Positions 41,903 through 50,545 are shown, numbered from the stretch's first letter. The stretch is 64,000 nt of DNA from Alphaproteobacteria bacterium (GCA_965603855.1 OZ272519.1:3957833-4021832); one strand, 5' to 3'. The notes: generated by a model from the sequence alone, not told the origin. Numbers and translations are program-made.

Positions 41903-44737
41903 ATGCCGCTTACGACCCGGTATGCCCTGACCATTCTGCTGGTCATCGTCATTTCAGTGACGGCCGTCGCTTCGGCGACGCTCCTGCGGGTACGCCAGAT
42001 CCTCGACGAGGCGCAGGAACAAAGCAAATCCGAGATGACTGCCGCGCTGGAGGCGCAGCTTCAGGAGTTCGGCATTGGTATGGCGGAACAGCTTGCCTCA
42101 GTGCTGGCGGAACCGGTCTACCATTTCGAACTGGACGAGGTGCTCGATCTGCTGAGCCCCGTGATCGCCCAGGACAGCGTTATCGAGGCGCACGTGTTCG
42201 ACCCTGAGGGCATCGTCATCCATGACGGGACCGACACGATGTCGGACTACGGACGCAACATCAACGACCACCTCGCCGTCAGGGTCGCGCTGGCAGACCG
42301 GGTCGCCTCGGCGCAGTTGGATGGCGACTATCTGGACGTCGCCGCGCCGATCCAGGTGGGCAAGCAGATCATGGGCGGGGTACACCTGCACCTGTCCGCC
42401 GTGGCCGTCAGGGCCCGTATCACGGACATGGGCCAGACGCTCCAAATCATTCGCGACGACGGCATCGCGGGGTTCATCAAGGTCACCGTCCTCCTGCTGA
42501 TCTCGCTTTCGGCATTGGGCCTTATCGTCGCCTACCTACTGGCGCGCGGTATGGCACAGCCGATCAGGGCGCTGTCCGCGATGGCGCGGCGCATCGGTCA
42601 AGGCGACTATTCAGCCGCCGTCACGATCGACCGCACCGACGAGATCGGCGATCTGGGACGTTCCTTTCAGCAAATGGCAAGTGATCTTCGAACGGCGCAC
42701 GACCAGCTTGCCCGGGCAAAGGACGAAGCGGACCGCGCCAACGCGCAGAAGTCCCAGTTCCTCGCAAACATGAGCCACGAGATCCGCACGCCGATGAACG
42801 GTGTCTTGGGCATGACTGACCTCCTGATGCGCACCGAACTGTCCGGCCGCCAGACCCGCTTCGTGAAGGCCGTCAGAAAGTCCGCGCAGGGTCTGCTCAA
42901 TATCATCAACGACATCCTCGATTTCTCCCGGATCGAAGCGGGCAAGGTGGCTCTGGATCTGGCGCCCAGTTTCGACCTGCACGAGCTCGTCGCCGACGTC
43001 GTCGACCTGACAGCGGAAACATCCGAGGCGAACAAGCTGCACATTGCGGGCATGTTGGACGAGGGCGTGCCGCGGTTCGTCTCCGGCGATCCGAACCGCC
43101 TGCGCCAGGTGCTGCTGAACCTTATCGGCAACGCAATCAAGTTCACCGCGGAAGGCGAGGTCGTTGTCCGGGTTCGCCCTGACAAGGCCGGACGGGCGGA
43201 TCGGCTTCATTTCGAAGTGTCGGACACGGGAATCGGTATCGAACCCGCAACCACGGCCAAACTGTTTGCCGCGTTCGAGCAGGCCGACGGGTCGATCACC
43301 CGCCGCTTCGGGGGCACCGGCCTGGGCCTGACGATTTCGGCGCAGCTGATCGACCTGATGGGCGGCGAGATCGGCGTCGACAGCACCCCGGGCGAAGGCT
43401 CGACGTTCTGGTTCACCGCGCGGCTTCCCGAGGCGGACGCACCGCGCGCGAATGACGGGGCCTCGCGCAACCTGGCGGGTCTGAGAATACTCGTCGCCGA
43501 CAGCAACGCGACGTCGACAAACATCATCGCGTCGGCGATCCGCGGCTGGAACGGTCATCCTGAGACCGTCGGGAACGGTGCGGAGGCGATTGAACGCCTG
43601 AAAGTCGCCCAAAGCAAAGGCGGGCCTTTCGATCTCGCCATCGTCGACATAAACCTGGCCGACATCAACGCCGTGCAGCTCGCGGAACGCATCCATTCGG
43701 TGCCCGCGCTGTCGTCGCTCCCGATCGTCGTCATGACATCCTTTGGCTGGGAAGGCGACGGGACCCAGGCCAAAGCGGCCGGAATCCACGGCATGGTGAC
43801 CAAGCCCGTTCGCCAGACCGAACTCTTTGCGGAGATTGCCGCCGTCCTGGGCCCGAAGCTGCTTATTGCGCCGCCATTGGACGCGCCGTTGACCGCAAAT
43901 GACGAGAACGCCGGCACGACCAGCTTCAAACGCCGCATTCTTCTTGCCGAAGATAATCCCGTGAACCAAGAGGTCGCGAAGGAATTCCTGGCTGCGCTTG
44001 GCTGCGAATGCCAACTGGCCGTCGATGGCAGGGAGGCAGTGGCGAAATTCGATCAGGGCGGCTTTGACGCCATCCTGATGGACTGTCAGATGCCGGAAAT
44101 GGACGGGTTTGCAGCCGCGCGCCAGATCCGGCAACGGGAACGGGAAGACGGAACCGCGCAACCCGTCCCGATCATCGCGGTCACCGCAAATGCGTTCGAG
44201 TCCGACCGGCAGCTCTGCTTCGACGCGGGCATGACGGACTACTTGTCGAAACCATTCAACCAGAACGAACTGGAAGAGGCCCTGTGGCGCGCCTTCGGCG
44301 GTCGCCAGGACGAAGCCAAGACGGAAAAGGAGACATCCATGCGGGATGCAAATGACAACGCGGCGGCCGAAGGCCCGCTGGATCCGGCCGCCCTCGACGC
44401 GCTTGCGGCGGCGACGCCGAACGACCCCGGAAGCCTGGTGAAGAAGGTCATCGGCCTGTACCTGGAACATGCGCCGGGACTGGTCACCGGCATCCGCAGG
44501 GCCCTGGAGGACGGCGACTGCGACGCCGCCCGCGAGGCCGCCCACAGCCTGAAATCCAGCAGCGCAAACGTCGGCGCCATGACGCTTTCGTCGCAATGCA
44601 AGGCACTGGAAATGGCCGCCCGCGAAGGCGCGGTCGGCGAGCCGGATGCCGTTGCCGATGAGATCGACGAGGAGTTCGCGGCCGTCTGCGGGGCACTGCA
44701 GACCGAGCTGCTGGAACGAACCAAAGGAGCGGCCTGA
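41903..44737 (+). CDS. Hybrid sensor histidine kinase (periplasmic domain-HAMP-HisKA-HATPase-REC-REC-Hpt)
   Basis: 944-aa ORF with two TM helices flanking a ~165-aa periplasmic segment. H-box FLANMSHEIRTPMNGVLG; ATPase boxes NLIGNAIKF, DTGIGI, GTGLGL. Two receiver domains; the second is canonical (LLAEDN, ILMDCQMPEMDG, KPF). The C-terminal Hpt domain carries HSLKSSSANVGA. Confidence 0.9.
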   Translation: MPLTTRYALTILLVIVISVTAVASATLLRVRQILDEAQEQSKSEMTAALEAQLQEFGIGMAEQLASVLAEPVYHFELDEVLDLLSPVIAQDSVIEAHVFDPEGIVIHDGTDTMSDYGRNINDHLAVRVALADRVASAQLDGDYLDVAAPIQVGKQIMGGVHLHLSAVAVRARITDMGQTLQIIRDDGIAGFIKVTVLLLISLSALGLIVAYLLARGMAQPIRALSAMARRIGQGDYSAAVTIDRTDEIGDLGRSFQQMASDLRTAHDQLARAKDEADRANAQKSQFLANMSHEIRTPMNGVLGMTDLLMRTELSGRQTRFVKAVRKSAQGLLNIINDILDFSRIEAGKVALDLAPSFDLHELVADVVDLTAETSEANKLHIAGMLDEGVPRFVSGDPNRLRQVLLNLIGNAIKFTAEGEVVVRVRPDKAGRADRLHFEVSDTGIGIEPATTAKLFAAFEQADGSITRRFGGTGLGLTISAQLIDLMGGEIGVDSTPGEGSTFWFTARLPEADAPRANDGASRNLAGLRILVADSNATSTNIIASAIRGWNGHPETVGNGAEAIERLKVAQSKGGPFDLAIVDINLADINAVQLAERIHSVPALSSLPIVVMTSFGWEGDGTQAKAAGIHGMVTKPVRQTELFAEIAAVLGPKLLIAPPLDAPLTANDENAGTTSFKRRILLAEDNPVNQEVAKEFLAALGCECQLAVDGREAVAKFDQGGFDAILMDCQMPEMDGFAAARQIRQREREDGTAQPVPIIAVTANAFESDRQLCFDAGMTDYLSKPFNQNELEEALWRAFGGRQDEAKTEKETSMRDANDNAAAEGPLDPAALDALAAATPNDPGSLVKKVIGLYLEHAPGLVTGIRRALEDGDCDAAREAAHSLKSSSANVGAMTLSSQCKALEMAAREGAVGEPDAVADEIDEEFAAVCGALQTELLERTKGAA

Positions 44738-44739
44738 CG

Positions 44740-45885
44740 ATGCAGGACATGCTTGGCGGCCAGGACTCGGCGCTGATCCTGGTGGTCGAAGACGACGCCA
44801 CGCAACGGATGATCTTTGGCCAGACCCTGACGGATGCCGGTTTTCGGGTCGAGGAGGCCGGCGACGGCCGCGAAGCGCTGGAAAAAGCCCGTCGACTGAT
44901 GCCGGACCTGATTGCGCTGGACGTCATGATGCCGGGCATGGACGGTTTCGAAACCTGTGCCGCGATTCGTCAGGACGAGGCGCTGCGCCACATCCCCGTG
45001 ATGATGGTGACCGGCCTGGAGGACGTGGACTCGATCGAGCGCGGATTCGTCGCCGGCGCCACGGACTTCGTGACCAAACCCGTGAACTGGCCGCTGTTGA
45101 AGTACAACGTGATGTATCTTCTGCGCACCAGCCGCATGGAGGGACAGCTCAGGATCGCAAAGGAGTCAGCCGAGGCGGCCAACCGCGCCAAGACCGCCTT
45201 CATCGCCAGTATCAGCCACGAACTGAGAACGCCGCTGCACGCAATCATCGGCTTTTCGGAGGTGATGCACGCCCAGACCGTGGGCGGCATGGGCGACGAC
45301 TTCTACCGCGACTATCTGGAAGAGGTCCTGAACGGCGGTCGCAACCTGCTGACCATGATCGACAGCATCATTGATCTGGCCAAGGCGGAGAGCGGCACGC
45401 TGGCGCTGGAGAGCGACACCGTGGACCTCTCAGCACTGGTGGGCAACGCCATCTCGGGGCTCTGCGACCGCGCCAGGGATGCGGGTATCGCCATGACCGT
45501 CGATACGCCGAAAAAGGTGGTCCCGATCCGCGGCGACGAGGTCAGGCTTCGGCAGATGCTTTCCCAGGTGGTCGCCAACGCCGTCAAATTCACGCCGGCG
45601 GATGGCGCGATCACCGTCAGCCTGACCGACCAGGAAGCCGGCCCGGCAACAATCGCCGTGACCGACACCGGCACCGGCATCGCTCCGGAGGACATCGCTG
45701 CGGCGCTCTCGCCGTTCAGCCAGGTCAACGGCTCGCTGGCCCGCCCGCATCAGGGCGCAGGGGTCGGCCTGCCGCTCGCCGCGACGATCGCGCGCCTGCA
45801 TCGTGCGACGCTGGCCCTGGACAGCACACCCGGTGTCGGAACGCGCGTGACGATCACTTTTCCAGAATCCTGCCGGGCCGCCTAG
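44740..45885 (+). CDS. Response-regulator/histidine-kinase fusion (REC-HisKA-HATPase)
   Basis: 381-aa ORF starting 2 nt after the upstream stop. Receiver: LVVEDD, IALDVMMPGMDG, TKPV. H-box FIASISHELRTPLHAIIGF. ATPase boxes VVANAVKF, DTGTGI, GAGVGLPL. Confidence 0.9.
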   Translation: MQDMLGGQDSALILVVEDDATQRMIFGQTLTDAGFRVEEAGDGREALEKARRLMPDLIALDVMMPGMDGFETCAAIRQDEALRHIPVMMVTGLEDVDSIERGFVAGATDFVTKPVNWPLLKYNVMYLLRTSRMEGQLRIAKESAEAANRAKTAFIASISHELRTPLHAIIGFSEVMHAQTVGGMGDDFYRDYLEEVLNGGRNLLTMIDSIIDLAKAESGTLALESDTVDLSALVGNAISGLCDRARDAGIAMTVDTPKKVVPIRGDEVRLRQMLSQVVANAVKFTPADGAITVSLTDQEAGPATIAVTDTGTGIAPEDIAAALSPFSQVNGSLARPHQGAGVGLPLAATIARLHRATLALDSTPGVGTRVTITFPESCRAA

Positions 45886-45961
45886 CGCACGGCGTCGCAG
45901 CAGACGCCCCGCGACCGGCTCAGCGCAGGGACCGAACCGTCGGCTCGGTACTGTCGGAAAA

Positions 45962-46048
45962 TGGTGCCCCCGGGGAGACTCGAACTCCCACTCCGTTGCC
46001 GGAAACAGATTTTGAGTCTGCCGCGTCTACCAATTCCGCCACAGGGGC
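45962..46048 (-). tRNA. tRNA-Leu (anticodon CAA)
   Basis: Folded by hand from the reverse complement GCCCCTGTGGCGGAATTGGTAGACGCGGCAGACTCAAAATCTGTTTCCGGCAACGGAGTGGGAGTTCGAGTCTCCCCGGGGGCACCA. The acceptor stem is 7 bp with one G-U pair. The D arm is GCG/CGC with a GG-containing loop. The anticodon stem GCAGA/TCTGT carries the loop CT-CAA-AA. The variable arm is long (15 nt, class II). The T arm is GGGAG-TTCGAGT-CTCCC, and the CCA end is encoded. Confidence 0.9.
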
Positions 46049-46092
46049 GCCGTCAAGACGGCGGCCCTTTATGGGTAGGAAGACCCAGCCGG

Positions 46093-47676
46093 TCAAGGGC
46101 GTTGGGTCGCCTTGTCGGCGGTGTACCGGTCGGCGAAACGGTCCCGGATTTCCAGGATGTCCTTGAGACGGTCCATCAGCACATCGATCAGCTTGGGGTC
46201 GAAATGCTTGCCGCGTTCCGCGCGCATATGCGCGATCACGTCGTCCAGAGGCCAGGCTTTCTTGTAAGGGCGGTCGCAGCCCAGCGCATCGAAAACGTCC
46301 GCCACCGCCGTGATCCGGCCGAAAATGTGAATCGCTTCGCCCGCCTTGCCTTCGGGATAGCCAGACCCGTCCCACCTTTCGTGATGCTGTTGGGCGATCG
46401 TCGCGCCCGCCTGGATCAGGTCGTGCTCGGAATCCATCAGCATCGTGTAGCCGAACGTGGTGTGCGTCTTGACGGTTTCGAACTCCTCCGGTTCCAGCTT
46501 GCCCGGCTTGTTCAGGATCGTGTCCGGGACGCCGATCATGCCCACGTCGTGCAACGGCGACGCCGCGCGCAGAACCCGCGCCTCGTCGACGTCCAGTCCG
46601 TAGCCCAGGGCAAGGACCTTGGATATTTCGGCGACCCGCCTGACATGGTTGCCGGTTTCCCGCGACCGCGTCTCGACCGCCTCGCCCAGGCGATAGATCA
46701 TTTCCCGCTGGGCGCGTTCATGTTCCTCGTTCATCTGGATGTTCTCGAACGCGACGCCGACATTGCGGGCGAAGACCTCGATCAGATGACGATAGGGGGC
46801 CTCGTCGGTGGCGACCTGGTTCAGATAAACGATGTAGTTCAGGCCTGACCGGGTGCGGAAGTTCCGGACCACGCGGTTGCCGATCCGGATCGTTCCTTCG
46901 TCCTTGATCGCGGTTTCGAAATCTTCCAGCACCTGCCGCGGCAACAGGGGACGGCGGTCCATTCCGACCTGATCGGCGAACTGTCCCGTCCCGGCGACCA
47001 CGTCGATCGCGGGGCCCTTGCAGACGGCGGCAATGCCGCTGGTCTTGGCCGCTTCGCCGCCCTGGTCGAGATAGATCAGCGTGGTCAGCTGCTCCAGCAC
47101 GCCCTGGGCGAACAGCCCCATCGACCGGCGTTCGAAAATCGTGGAGGTGGCGTCGATCACCTGCTCCAGCGCGCGCTTGTTCGACTGCAGCGCCATCGTG
47201 GTGCGGTAGGCCTTCAGCGCAGCGTGGATCATCAGGAACAGCCGGTCCCCGGAAAGCGATGCGCGGTCGACATACTCGGTGACGTCACACTCGGTGACCA
47301 GCCGGCGGTCCAGCGTCGCGCTGCTGCGGTTTTCCCGGACGATCAGCCGAACGTCGTGGTCGTCGGCAACCTCGCGGACGAAACGCACCAGCTCCAGTCC
47401 CGCCGTTTCGGTTTCGACCTCCGCGTCGATCAGCATGATCGCGGTATCGGGATGCTCCTGGATGAGCTGTTCCGCGTCGGTGGCCGATGTGGCGAACAGG
47501 GCTTCCAGGCTGTGTCCTGCAAATCCGTCCGATTCCAGCTCGGCGCGCAAGGCCTCGCAGTCCGCCCGCTCGCGACTGACGATGATCACCTTCCACGTCG
47601 GCCCGTCTTCCTGGCCCGGCGCCGGCGCAATCTCGTCAGCCTGGAAGCTGTGATCCGGCTGGTAGGCGGAGTTCAT
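46093..47676 (-). CDS. HD-GYP domain protein with N-terminal degenerate receiver-like domain
   Basis: 527-aa ORF. The C-terminal part has HDVGMIGVPD (HD) and HHERWDGSGYPEG (GYP). The N-terminal ~130 aa have a receiver-like beta/alpha pattern (VIIVSRE ... IMLIDAE) but lack the acidic pair and the conserved Lys. Confidence 0.88.
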   Translation of the reverse strand: MNSAYQPDHSFQADEIAPAPGQEDGPTWKVIIVSRERADCEALRAELESDGFAGHSLEALFATSATDAEQLIQEHPDTAIMLIDAEVETETAGLELVRFVREVADDHDVRLIVRENRSSATLDRRLVTECDVTEYVDRASLSGDRLFLMIHAALKAYRTTMALQSNKRALEQVIDATSTIFERRSMGLFAQGVLEQLTTLIYLDQGGEAAKTSGIAAVCKGPAIDVVAGTGQFADQVGMDRRPLLPRQVLEDFETAIKDEGTIRIGNRVVRNFRTRSGLNYIVYLNQVATDEAPYRHLIEVFARNVGVAFENIQMNEEHERAQREMIYRLGEAVETRSRETGNHVRRVAEISKVLALGYGLDVDEARVLRAASPLHDVGMIGVPDTILNKPGKLEPEEFETVKTHTTFGYTMLMDSEHDLIQAGATIAQQHHERWDGSGYPEGKAGEAIHIFGRITAVADVFDALGCDRPYKKAWPLDDVIAHMRAERGKHFDPKLIDVLMDRLKDILEIRDRFADRYTADKATQRP

Positions 47677-47913
47677 CGATCGTATCCGTCCCCTGGAAGC
47701 AGCCCTCGCCGTCGGGCCGGTCGGCGCAGTCGGTGAGTGTTCTCCAGCCCGGAATTGCTAAAGGAAACAGGTTTACATCTGGTTGATACCTGCCTGCCGC
47801 CGCCCCGCGCCCCCGCCAACAAGGGGGCATAAGCCGTTCTTGGAATCCAAGCGATTGCGCCCCATATCCGAGTGGTAAACGAACTCCAAACGGAACCGAA
47901 AAAGGAACGGATC

Positions 47914-48132
47914 ATGTCCTGCCCCGCGCAACGACAGTCGGCCTCCAAGGCCCTGACCGCCCTCGTGGCGGGTTTGTCGGTATGGGCGTTGGTACTGATC
48001 GCCCTGACCACGGTGCCCCTGGATTGGGGCGACTATTCGGGCGTTTATTCGCCCACTGGACTGCTGACCGCATCGGCCGAGCCGCACGAAGCGGGCGTCA
48101 CCTTCCAGCGCCAGCTTTTGCGGGTCGACTAG
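47914..48132 (+). CDS. Hypothetical small membrane-anchored protein
   Basis: In-frame part of track ORF 47872-48132. The ATG at 47914 is preceded by AAGGAA. One TM helix (ALTALVAGLSVWALVLIALTTV). A hairpin plus T-run follows at 48150-48182. No family recognised. Confidence 0.35.
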   Translation: MSCPAQRQSASKALTALVAGLSVWALVLIALTTVPLDWGDYSGVYSPTGLLTASAEPHEAGVTFQRQLLRVD

Positions 48133-48149
48133 AGCCACAGCCCGGGTAT

Positions 48150-48182
48150 CCGGCCGGACAGCTAGGATCGGCCGGCGCTTTT
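48150..48182 (+). terminator. Candidate rho-independent terminator
   Basis: CCGGCCG (48150-48156) pairs with CGGCCGG (48169-48175). After CGC comes TTTT at 48179-48182. Confidence 0.4.
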
Positions 48183-48223
48183 CGCTATAACCCCGCGAGT
48201 TTCCCTCACCCAGGCCGCGGGCA

Positions 48224-48831
48224 ATGGCGCTGACCGAGACGATAAACGGGCCCCTGAGGCGCCTTTACGACTGGACGATGGGCCTGGCGGCCCACCGCCA
48301 CGCGGTCGGGTGGCTGGCGCTGATCGCGTTCCTGGAAAGTTCGTTTTTTCCGATCCCTCCGGATGTGATGATCATCCCGATGGTGCTGGCGGCCCGCAAC
48401 AAGGCCTGGTTCATCGCCGGGGCCGCCACCGTTGCATCGGCGGTCGGCGGGTTGTTGGGTTATTTCATCGGCTACGAGCTCTACGAGTTCATCGGCCGCC
48501 CGATCATCGAATTCTACGGTTACGGCGAGAAATTCACGACGTTCCAATCCTGGTACACCGCCTGGGGCGCCTGGATCGTCGCGGCCGGCGGCTTCACGCC
48601 CATCCCCTACAAGGTCATCACCATCGCCAGCGGCGTCGCCGACATGGATCTGGCCACCTTCACCGCGGTTTCGGTGATCAGCCGGGGCGCGCGTTTCTTC
48701 CTGGTCGCGGCGCTGTGTACGCCTTCGGGCCGCCGATCCGGTCGTTCATCGAACGCCGCCTGGGTTTGCTGGCCTTGCTGCTGTTTGCCGGCATCTTCGC
48801 CGGTTTCCTTGTGCTGGGCCTGCTGCTGTGA
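48224..48831 (+). pseudogene. YqaA/DedA-family membrane protein gene with an apparent 1-nt frameshift near 48716
   Basis: Frame A (track ORF 48224-49417) reads a YqaA-like protein up to ...SVISRGARFFLVAAL. It then turns into a Cys/Ser/Arg-rich low-complexity string. The neighbouring frame (track ORF 48310-48831) continues from 48718 as YAFGPPIRSFIERRLGLLALLLFAGIFAGFLVLGLLL-stop, a plausible terminal helix. Confidence 0.6.
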
Positions 48832-48892
48832 GGCTGCGCGATTCAGTCGCGATGCGCTCGCGCGCGGGCCTCGGTCGGTTTATATCTCCGTC

Positions 48893-49417
48893 ATGACCGC
48901 GATCACGCTCGACCGCCTTATCGACCGCGCGTTACCCGCGGCCCCGCTGTTGCTTCTGGCCGCCAGCGCCGGCGTCCTTGGCACCGCCTACCTGTTCCAG
49001 TACGGGTTCGATATCCAACCGTGCGAACTGTGCCTTTATCAGAGGATCCCTTGGTGGAGCCTTGGCGGCCTTGCCTGCGCTGTGATGCTGTTGCGCGGCC
49101 GTCCGGCCTTGATGCGTGTCGGCTTCGGGCTTGCCGCCATCCTGATGATCGCCAATACCGTCCTTGCGGGCTATCACGTGGGCGTCGAACAGGGGTGGTG
49201 GACGGGTCCAACATCCTGTTCCGTACCGGCCGGCGGCAATCTGTCTTTTGAGGAACTGAAGGCGCAGATCCTGTCCGGACCTGTGGTGCGCTGCGACCAG
49301 GTCGCCTGGCAACTGTTCGGGATTTCGATGGCCGGCTACAACGTGCTTCTGTCCCTTGCGGCCGCCATCTTCGCGGTGGCCGCCGCGCGGCGGCCGCTGG
49401 CGGGCCGGTCGCGGTGA
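48893..49417 (+). CDS. DsbB-family disulfide bond formation protein
   Basis: In-frame ATG at 48893 within track ORF 48224-49417. Four TM helices. The first periplasmic loop has CELCLYQRIPW (CxxC). The second loop has the Cys pair in TSCSVPAGG ... VVRCDQVAW. Confidence 0.8.
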   Translation: MTAITLDRLIDRALPAAPLLLLAASAGVLGTAYLFQYGFDIQPCELCLYQRIPWWSLGGLACAVMLLRGRPALMRVGFGLAAILMIANTVLAGYHVGVEQGWWTGPTSCSVPAGGNLSFEELKAQILSGPVVRCDQVAWQLFGISMAGYNVLLSLAAAIFAVAAARRPLAGRSR

Positions 49418-49968
49418 GCAAGGGACCGCGATACCTCCCCGGCGACCCGCCGCCCGAGGCGGCGCTGGCGCGCATGATGCGCGTCGATCACGCCGGCGAA
49501 ATGGGCGCGGAACGGATTTACGAGGGACAGATCGCGGTTCTGGGAAAGGGGCCCAAGGGCAACGTTCTGGCGCACATGGCCGAACAGGAAAAGGCACACA
49601 AGCGCGCCTTCGACGAAATGCTGCCCGCGCGGCGTGTGCGGCCGACCGTGCTGGGCCCGGTCTGGCACTTCGCCGGCTTCGCGCTTGGCCAGACGACCGC
49701 CCGCATGGGCGAAGAGGCCGCCATGGCCTGCACCGTCGCGGTCGAAGAGGTGATCGACGAGCACTATGCCGATCAGGCCGAAGCGCTGAGCGCATTGGGC
49801 GGCGAGGAGCCGCTGGTCGAAACGGTGGAGCGGTTCCGGGCCGAGGAACTGGAACATCGCGACATCGCCCTCGATCACGGCGCAACGAACGCGCCCGGCT
49901 ATCCGGTGCTTTCCGCAGCGATCAAGACGGGCTCGAAGATCGCAATCTGGCTCAGCGAGCGGTTCTGA
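49414..49968 (+). CDS. coq7: Demethoxyubiquinone hydroxylase (COQ7 family)
   Basis: 184-aa ORF whose GTG start overlaps the dsbB-like stop (GTGA). Di-iron carboxylate motifs are present: RVDHAGEMGA, EQEKAH, EEVIDEH, ELEHRD. Confidence 0.9.
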   Translation: MSKGPRYLPGDPPPEAALARMMRVDHAGEMGAERIYEGQIAVLGKGPKGNVLAHMAEQEKAHKRAFDEMLPARRVRPTVLGPVWHFAGFALGQTTARMGEEAAMACTVAVEEVIDEHYADQAEALSALGGEEPLVETVERFRAEELEHRDIALDHGATNAPGYPVLSAAIKTGSKIAIWLSERF

Positions 49969-49984
49969 GGCGCAAGGACGGCGC

Positions 49985-50545
49985 TTAGTCGTCCAGTTCC
50001 GAATCCCAGTAGAGATAGTCGCGCCAGCTTTCGTGCAGGAAGTTCGGCGGGAAGGCGCGGCCGTTCTCCTGCAGCTCCCATGTGGTCGGCTGGGCCGGCC
50101 GGCGGCGCGGTGCCATGTGGGCTTCCTGAGGGGTGCGCCCCCCCTTTTTCAGGTTGCACGGCGCACAGGCCGACACGACGTTCTCCCAGGTCGTGTGGCC
50201 GCCGCGGCTGCGCGGGATGACATGGTCGAACGTCAGGTCCTGCGCCGGGAAAGCGGTCGCGCAATAGACACAGCTGAACCGGTCGCGCAGGAACACGTTG
50301 AAACGCGTGAAGGCGGGCCTTGTCGTAGGCTGGACGTATTCCTTCAGGGATATGACGCTGGGCAGCCGCATCGCCATCGATGGGCTGTGCACCGTTGCCT
50401 CATATTCCGAAATGACGTTGACGCGATCCAGGACCACGGCCTTGATTGCGTCTTGCCAGGCCCACAGAGACAGAGGGAAGTAGCTGAGCGGCCGGAAGTC
50501 GGCGTTCAGCACCAGGGCCGGACAGTCTGACAAGCCTGCCGTCAC
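49985..50545 (-). CDS. HNH endonuclease-domain protein
   Basis: 186-aa ORF. CVYC ... FDHVIPRSRGGHTTWENVVSACAPCNLKKG contains the HNH core with flanking Cys pairs. Confidence 0.85.
   Translation of the reverse strand: MTAGLSDCPALVLNADFRPLSYFPLSLWAWQDAIKAVVLDRVNVISEYEATVHSPSMAMRLPSVISLKEYVQPTTRPAFTRFNVFLRDRFSCVYCATAFPAQDLTFDHVIPRSRGGHTTWENVVSACAPCNLKKGGRTPQEAHMAPRRRPAQPTTWELQENGRAFPPNFLHESWRDYLYWDSELDD

Noticed and set aside
45886-46092. tRNA-Leu as the integration site of a genomic island
   Set aside because: No integrase, no phage or IS genes, no direct repeat of the tRNA 3' end that I could see, and no obvious composition change on either side.
48224-49417. 397-aa ORF as a genuine YqaA-DsbB fusion protein
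   Set aside because: The ~60-aa linker is Cys/Ser/Arg-rich nonsense. The adjacent frame encodes a family-typical YqaA C-terminus ending at 48831. DsbB has its own ATG at 48893. A frameshift or indel is more parsimonious.
49985-50545. HNH endonuclease as part of a defence or mobile system (restriction, CRISPR-associated, homing)
   Set aside because: It stands alone between housekeeping-type genes (coq7, esterase, AlkA-like). No methyltransferase, helicase, Cas or intein/intron context is present, so there is nothing to support a system.
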